A stretch of DNA of 42,766 bases from an uncultured Bdellovibrionales bacterium (GTDB taxonomy: Bacteria > Patescibacteriota > Minisyncoccia > Moranbacterales > UBA1568): NCBI GenBank assembly GCA_964530135.1, contig CAZGXN010000008.1, positions 1 to 42,766 of the forward strand. Direction: 5' to 3'. Position 1 is the stretch's first letter; each line of letters opens with the position of its first letter. Under the pieces are notes generated by a model. It did no database searches, was not told the DNA's origin, and saw only the letters and a list, made by a program, of their open reading frames with translations. Positions 37,628-42,766 of this stretch are shown here, piece after piece. A program made the position numbers and the translations under genes.

Positions 37628-38686
37628 TCACACAGGTACAGGTGGCGGGAAATTGACGACGCTGGCTTCGCCCTCTCTAACCGTAACTGTCTGGGCACCA
37701 TAGGCGTCGTCTCGAGCGTACGCGCGGATCACATATGTCCCCGCGCGGACACCGGTTAGCCGATACACGCCCCGCGCATCCGTTGTCGTATTTGCGATTG
37801 GTGCCTGTGCAAGATTCTGGTACAAACTGACAGTCCACCCCGAGAGAACGCCACCAAATCCATCGCCCACCATTCCCTCGATCGTTCCGCCAGTCACCGG
37901 AATCGGCAAGAGCGCGAGAATGGCGTTGACGATTCGTGTCCGACTGTTCGTACCGGAGAGGTATGACTCCTTGAAGCCGTGGCATCGGTACTCGTCGCCA
38001 CACGGTTCGGTGTTGGCCGCGTTGGCTGGCAGGGCGAGCAGGAAGTACTTGCGTGCAAAGCCGTCTTCGGTGAGTGTGGTGTACGGGCCACCATCAGCTA
38101 CGCTATCAGCCGGTGTCGCCACTGCCACCAGGCGTGTTTTGCCACGCTCGGTAGCAGACAATGCCAACCATTCCTGATTCGCATAGAAACTGCCCTGCGA
38201 GTGCGGCACCAGGATCACCCGCCGGCCTTGTGCCAAATGTTCGCGGTACTTGACCAAATGCTCAGCGACTTGATCACCGAGGACATAGAGCGCCGCTTCG
38301 CGCGCCACTTTCCGATAGAGGTCATCTGCCAGGAGGTTGAATCCTGGTAGCTGACTCATCGCAAGCGCTCGCAAGTAGACCTTCCAGAAAAGCGAGGTAC
38401 TCCGATCGAGCTCCTCGCTCTTTTGCAGGCCGGCTTCGATGAAGTCGAGTTTCAAGAGCTCATCCGTGTTGTAGGCGTAGTCGAAGCTGAGACAGTCCTT
38501 GAGATTGTCGGGTGTTTTCGCAAGGACTTCTTTTGCTAATTTTTCTTTTGAATTAATAGCATTGAACTCCTCCGTATCCACCCCATTGATGAAGAAGATC
38601 GTGGTCTTTTCCGTGGGACAGACAGCCCAGGAATACGCTGGCAGCATAAGTGCCAGGACGAGCATCAGAACTTTCCAGTCACGCAT
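37628..38686 (-). CDS. Secreted alpha/beta-hydrolase (lipase/cutinase-like) with a C-terminal carboxypeptidase-regulatory-like beta domain
   Basis: AAGGAGAG before MRDWKVLMLVLALMLPAYSWA (signal peptide); TIFFINGV; nucleophile elbow VPHSQG; CHGF; C-terminal GTIEGMV...TTTDARGVYRLTGVRAGTYVIRA. Confidence 0.75.
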   Translation of the reverse strand: MRDWKVLMLVLALMLPAYSWAVCPTEKTTIFFINGVDTEEFNAINSKEKLAKEVLAKTPDNLKDCLSFDYAYNTDELLKLDFIEAGLQKSEELDRSTSLFWKVYLRALAMSQLPGFNLLADDLYRKVAREAALYVLGDQVAEHLVKYREHLAQGRRVILVPHSQGSFYANQEWLALSATERGKTRLVAVATPADSVADGGPYTTLTEDGFARKYFLLALPANAANTEPCGDEYRCHGFKESYLSGTNSRTRIVNAILALLPIPVTGGTIEGMVGDGFGGVLSGWTVSLYQNLAQAPIANTTTDARGVYRLTGVRAGTYVIRAYARDDAYGAQTVTVREGEASVVNFPPPVPV

Positions 38687-38708
38687 GTTTCTCTCCTTGG
38701 AAAAGTAA

Positions 38709-39602
38709 TTAGTTGGGCAGGGAGTCAGGATTGAAGGTACAGGCGACTTTCTGCCGGTTAAGTCGTTGACTAGCAGGACCGCTATCCGAGACATAACCAC
38801 CCATGTGAGCATTCGCCTTGCGATAAGCCCGGCTGCGCTCCTTGGTGTTGAGGAAACTGGCAATCAATTCCGCGCCTGCCTTGTCGCTCGCATCGAGGTC
38901 ATCATTAAAGACATGGTTGAGACAGTCGATAGCTGCTTCCATGACTTTTCCGCCATTACTCCTCGTCTTCGCCTTGTCCTGATGATCGCGCACAAAAGCA
39001 TGAAGCATTCGTGCATTTTGCATCAAGGCCTCGCGCTTCTTGGCCGATTCGGGATAACCAAAAACGATGAAGCGTTCGATATCGTCACGGACACCGTTGT
39101 TGTTGGTGTCGATCCCGAGCAGGTCTTGCTTGCCCGCTTCTCCTGGATCACCCGGCAAGGGAATGGTTGAGAAAGTGAGCTCCACCGGAAAATGTGGCAT
39201 GAATTCCTCTTTCGTGATTCCGTCGGACAGGCGCCGGAGCAGCACCAACTCGCCGCGTTTCACACTCAGTGGTGCGTCTGGTGGAGCAGTCACACGCACA
39301 GTGACACCCACCGTCTCACCAGCCTGGATTGCGTTCCGAAATCCCGGATCGTTCACGGTGATATAGGGGGTGATCTCGCCGCGCGCCTCGACGATGAGAT
39401 GTGGGGTTTCCGAAAGCGGCTTTGGGCCGACATTCCTGAGTGCAACCGTGTGCGAAGTAGTCGCACCTGGTGCGAGACTTTCCGGTGCGAGGCGTGCAGG
39501 CACCCACGCGATGTGTGGCGTAGCGGCCCACGTGACGACCGTTACGAGAGATAAAACGGCTCCCAAGAGGAGCAGTCTCCAACGGTGTTGCTTCGTGAAC
39601 AT
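38709..39602 (-). CDS. Secreted hypothetical protein with an Ig-like domain and a DxNxNG Ca-binding-like loop
   Basis: Signal peptide MFTKQHRWRLLLLGAVLSLVTVVTWA; beta-rich N-terminal half; LLGIDTNNNGVRDDIERFI followed by a helical domain; GGAG 8 nt before the ATG at 39602. Confidence 0.75.
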   Translation of the reverse strand: MFTKQHRWRLLLLGAVLSLVTVVTWAATPHIAWVPARLAPESLAPGATTSHTVALRNVGPKPLSETPHLIVEARGEITPYITVNDPGFRNAIQAGETVGVTVRVTAPPDAPLSVKRGELVLLRRLSDGITKEEFMPHFPVELTFSTIPLPGDPGEAGKQDLLGIDTNNNGVRDDIERFIVFGYPESAKKREALMQNARMLHAFVRDHQDKAKTRSNGGKVMEAAIDCLNHVFNDDLDASDKAGAELIASFLNTKERSRAYRKANAHMGGYVSDSGPASQRLNRQKVACTFNPDSLPN

Positions 39603-39785
39603 AGTCATATCTCCAAGTGTATCACGCAGAGTGGCATGATTGTGTTGATGATGGTAAAGGACAACCCTTCGTCCGTACCGAAACGAAGGAAAAAGAAAAG
39701 AACCCTAACGAGTTCTCGGTACGGAGAAAAAATACTGCGTTTTTTATGAGATGTCAAGAGTATTAGTATCGAAAATAGTTTCGAC

Positions 39786-39819
39786 TTGACAGTTTATCAT
39801 ATTTAATGTATATTGTCAA
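39786..39819. promoter_or_regulatory. Overlapping divergent sigma70 promoters (smpB-ssrA versus the secreted cassette)
   Basis: Plus strand TTGACA-17-TATATT; minus strand TTGACA-17-TAAACT with an extended TG. Confidence 0.7.
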
Positions 39820-39886
39820 ATACTAGAGAATCAAAACAATGGCTTTATACGGCCAAATCTGGTATACAGAAGCCATAGTAAAGACT

Positions 39887-40342
39887 ATGAAATCCACCAA
39901 GGAAATCGCCTACAATCGCCGTGCCTCCTTTGATTACACCCTCCAAGACCGGTATGAGGCGGGTTTGGTCTTGACCGGCGGCGAGGTAAAAAGCGTCAAA
40001 ACTGGCCATGCCAGCCTGAAAGGTGCCTTTGTTACGGTCCACGGTACCGAACTCGTGCTCACCAATGCCCTCATTCCCCGCTATGCCCGAGCCAGCGTGA
40101 AAATCCATCACGAGGATCGGCGTCCACGCACTCTCCTCCTCCATCGATCAGAAATCCGTTCACTGATTGGAAAAGCTCGCACCGAAGGCTTGACTTTGAT
40201 CCCGATTCGTCTGTATATTAAGAGGCGACTCGTAAAGCTTGAATTTGCTGTTGGCAAGGGGAAAAAGCAGCATGACAAACGGGCCGATATCGGTAGACGT
40301 GAGAGTGATCGCCGCATCCGCCGCGAGATGAAAAATTACTAG
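39887..40342 (+). CDS. smpB: SsrA-binding protein
   Basis: NRRASFDY, EAGLVLTGGEVKSVK, RTLLLHRSEI, LIPIRLY, GKGKKQHDKR; start placed at MKSTK (the ORF track starts at 39839). Confidence 0.98.
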   Translation: MKSTKEIAYNRRASFDYTLQDRYEAGLVLTGGEVKSVKTGHASLKGAFVTVHGTELVLTNALIPRYARASVKIHHEDRRPRTLLLHRSEIRSLIGKARTEGLTLIPIRLYIKRRLVKLEFAVGKGKKQHDKRADIGRRESDRRIRREMKNY

Positions 40343-40348
40343 ACTATC

Positions 40349-40387
40349 GCCGCCCGAAACCCTTTGCAAAAAGCGTTGCGGGCGGGG
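40349..40387 (+). repeat. GC-rich palindromic element abutting the tmRNA 5' end
   Basis: GCCGCCCG-AAACCCTTTGCAAAA-AGCGTTGCGGGCGGGG; related to 34074-34112. Confidence 0.5.
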
Positions 40388-40790
40388 GTTGTCTAGACTC
40401 GACAGGGCGTACTTTTAAAATAGGCAAGCCGACCTTGGGCATATGGTCGTAAATACTATTCCCACGATGATAAATGCAAACTTCATCACCAAAGCAAAGA
40501 ACGCAATCGCGCAAGCATTTGCTCCGTCTTTCGCTCCTGCTCTCGCCTAAATTAGTGCGTTGAGCCATCGGACTCTTGATTCTCAATAGGGAAGCTCCGG
40601 TGCCATAACCATTGAGACGATGCGAGGACATTTCCTTTTCTTTCCACCTCAAATTGTATTGCCAAAGAAAAGCTGATTGAGGGATTTTGTGTGTTTTCTA
40701 CCCGCTGTCTGTATACAAAGCACACTACGCTTGTAGACTATTTTAGATAATCGTTACTGGACATGGGTGCAATTCCCATCAACTCCACCA
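40385..40790 (+). ncRNA. ssrA: tmRNA (ssrA)
   Basis: 5' GGGGTTG...GACTCGAC; 3' T-arm ATGGG-TGCAATT-CCCAT plus CAACTCC-A-CCA; G3:U wobble; tag ORF 40476-40550 ANFITKAKNAIAQAFAPSFAPALA*; directly after smpB. Confidence 0.96.
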
Positions 40791-40884
40791 ATGTGAGAAT
40801 TCAGGCACAAGTAGAGAACCAAATAGGCATTCTCTACACGAACTGAATTTTCAAACCCTCAGCTAATCACTAACCCTCCTCTCA

Positions 40885-41433
40885 ATGAGACGCCGAAGGC
40901 ACCATCGCCCCAAGCCGAAAGTAGTCGTGAAGCAACGCTACCGCGTCAACGAACAAATCCTCGTCGCGGAGGTTGTCGTGATCACGGAGGAAGGCGAGAA
41001 CTTGGGCACTATGAGTCCGGCTGACGCGATCATCATCGCTCAGGGAAGAGGCCTTGATCTCGTCGAAGTATCTCCGCAGGCCAAGCCACCCGTCTGCCGC
41101 ATTACTGACTATGGCAAGATGCAGTATCAGCAAGCCAAACAAGCACAGCAGGCCAAAGCGAAACAGAAAAAAGTTGAGACCAAAGGTGTCCGGCTCGGAT
41201 ATCGAACAGAAAAGCATGATCTCTTTTTCAAAAAATCTCAGGCGGAAAAGTTTATGCTGAAAGGTAATAAAATAAAGATTGATCTCATGCTTCGTGGCCG
41301 TGAAAAGGCAATGGGTGACAAAGCCAAAGAAAATCTCCTCGCTTTTGTAAAAACTATTACCGTCCCACATAAGATTGAAGAAAATGTAACTCGGGGACCG
41401 CGGGGGTTCAGCATCCTCATCGCCCCTGAGTAA
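40885..41433 (+). CDS. infC: Translation initiation factor IF-3
   Basis: RVNEQI, GLDLVEVSPQAKPPVCRITDYGK, DLMLRGRE. Confidence 0.97.
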   Translation: MRRRRHHRPKPKVVVKQRYRVNEQILVAEVVVITEEGENLGTMSPADAIIIAQGRGLDLVEVSPQAKPPVCRITDYGKMQYQQAKQAQQAKAKQKKVETKGVRLGYRTEKHDLFFKKSQAEKFMLKGNKIKIDLMLRGREKAMGDKAKENLLAFVKTITVPHKIEENVTRGPRGFSILIAPE

Positions 41434-41489
41434 CGCCCCAACACTCGCGTATAATGAATTAAAACCTAGTAGCAGTAACGCCAAACGAT

Positions 41490-41690
41490 ATGCCAAAAAT
41501 GAAGACGAGGAAATCCGTGTCAAAGAAGTTCAAAATCACTGGTAGTGGAAAACTCAAACGACGCTCGACGGGTCAAAACCACTATAATACTCGCGATACT
41601 GGCAAAGCTACCCGAGCCAAGCGCGCTGACCATGTTGTGCTTGCAGTCGATGTAAAAAACATCAAACGAGCGCTCCGGAACGCTGCCTAG
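41490..41690 (+). CDS. rpmI: 50S ribosomal protein L35
   Basis: MPKMKTRKSVSKKFKITGSGK; position in the infC-rpmI-rplT operon. Confidence 0.96.
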   Translation: MPKMKTRKSVSKKFKITGSGKLKRRSTGQNHYNTRDTGKATRAKRADHVVLAVDVKNIKRALRNAA

Positions 41691-41772
41691 GCGCTGCCAC
41701 CGAGGGGAAGATTTGACTTCTTCGCTCTTTTGAGACAGAATAGAGCATTCCTAATTTCGATTTTTTTATTGT

Positions 41773-42123
41773 ATGTCCCGAGTCAAGCGTGGCGTGATGA
41801 CCAAGAAACGCCATAAAAATATCCTCAAAAAAGCTAAGGGTTACCGTTGGGGGAGAAAAAAACTCTTCACCAAAGCAAAAGAGGCTGTCATCAAGGCTGG
41901 AAAATACGCCCGTCGCGATCGGCGCGCCAAAAAGCGCACTTTCCGCGCACTCTGGATTATCCGCCTGAACAATGCCCTCCGCGAAAATGGTACAACCTAT
42001 GCGAAATTCATTGCTCTGCTGAAAGCCAAAGCTATCGATCTCGACCGCAAAGTTCTCTCCGAAATGGCTGTTGAAAATCCGGAGAGCTTCACAACACTGG
42101 TCAAAAATATTCTTGCAAAATAA
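41773..42123 (+). CDS. rplT: 50S ribosomal protein L20
   Basis: MSRVKRG, KAKGYRWGR, RDRRAKKRTFRALWIIRLN, LDRKVLSEMA. Confidence 0.98.
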   Translation: MSRVKRGVMTKKRHKNILKKAKGYRWGRKKLFTKAKEAVIKAGKYARRDRRAKKRTFRALWIIRLNNALRENGTTYAKFIALLKAKAIDLDRKVLSEMAVENPESFTTLVKNILAK

Positions 42124-42173
42124 TCTGCCCTTGAAAAGAAATTGGACTTCAAGGAAGTTGACCAAGCGCCAAT

Positions 42174-42213
42174 AAAAAAATCCGTCCCGCTTTCTCTGCG
42201 TGGCGGATTTTTT
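42174..42213. terminator. Bidirectional intrinsic terminator
   Basis: A7-TCCGTCCCGC-TTTCTCT-GCGTGGCGGA-T-run between convergent genes. Confidence 0.8.
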
Positions 42214-42231
42214 TACCATCTACCCCGACTT

Positions 42232-42766
42232 TCACATATACCGCACCCCAACGACTCGTCCCCGAACGATAGTAAGGACGGCGTGTTTGGCATTACCGAG
42301 AGCATCATAGGCGGTTACGGTTACGGTGCCTTGCTTGAGCTTCCGCACCGTGTAGGCAATAGCCGCTGCATTGGCCCGCTTCTTTTTGGTGCCATTGATC
42401 GAGACAAACATGGCCTGGATACCGGAGCGATCACGGGCGACTGCCCGAACAGGGAAGCGCGTGGTGGTAAGTGTCCCGCGTTGAGGGGTGATAAGGGTAA
42501 TAAAGGGAGCGGTTCGTTCACCCGGGCGAGTGGTGATTTTGGATGAAATACTGCTTGTTTTCTTCTTTCGTTTACTATTTCCACTACCACCCGGGCTCGT
42601 CGTGGTATTCGCCACCGTCACCGTAACACCTGTGATGGAATACGTATTCCCCGCAATATCCGTAATACGGGCCGAAAGAACATGCGTCCCGTTTGAAACC
42701 AGGGCGGTATTCCAACTGGTGGTATACGGGCTCGTGGTATCAACGATGCCGAGATTTGATCCATCC
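42232..42766 (-). CDS. C-terminal part of a surface protein with bacterial Ig-like domains (5' end outside the window)
   Basis: Open from the right edge: DGSNLGIVDTTSPYTTSWNTALVSNGTHVLSARITDIAGN...; Ser/Gly/Lys linker; second Ig-like module ending VTAYDALGN. Confidence 0.8.
   Translation of the reverse strand, partial: DGSNLGIVDTTSPYTTSWNTALVSNGTHVLSARITDIAGNTYSITGVTVTVANTTTSPGGSGNSKRKKKTSSISSKITTRPGERTAPFITLITPQRGTLTTTRFPVRAVARDRSGIQAMFVSINGTKKKRANAAAIAYTVRKLKQGTVTVTAYDALGNAKHAVLTIVRGRVVGVRYM

Noticed and set aside
37628-40790. Integrative element or prophage at ssrA
   Set aside because: The foreign-looking cassette is upstream of smpB rather than at the tmRNA 3' end; no integrase, direct repeats or phage genes.

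Overview
A housekeeping-rich chromosomal segment, inferred from gene content and style to be Patescibacteria/CPR (Parcubacteria-like); TGA is used as a stop, so the code is the standard bacterial one. Almost all genes from 1 to 39.6 kb are on the minus strand: the N-terminus of a large surface protein missed by the ORF track, parB/parA, a PilX-like pilin, folD, uppP, a DEDDh exonuclease, a complete H+-type F1Fo operon (atpBEFHAGDC), tatD, rsmI, an M16 peptidase, tgt, recO and five aminoacyl-tRNA synthetases (leuS, metG, glyS, ileS, argS). The plus strand carries tRNA-Leu(CAA), smpB, tmRNA and infC-rpmI-rplT. No CRISPR, rRNA, integrase or transposase was found. The best candidate for something new is the ileS leader: a complete T-box riboswitch with the ultrashort AUC-specifier Stem I known from actinobacterial translational ileS T-boxes, joined to a transcriptional terminator, and controlling a type-2 IleRS with the swapped GLHH signature. 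Other highlights: a PTOX/AOX-like diiron protein; a putative caspase-fold protease; a GC-rich secreted hydrolase plus partner cassette; a TGT lacking its zinc cysteines; five stand-alone antisense small-ORF units with strong SD sites among apparently SD-less or leaderless core genes; and in-frame heptamer repeats, palindromic inserts and AT-rich patches inside synthetase genes. All calls are by eye; no searches were run.
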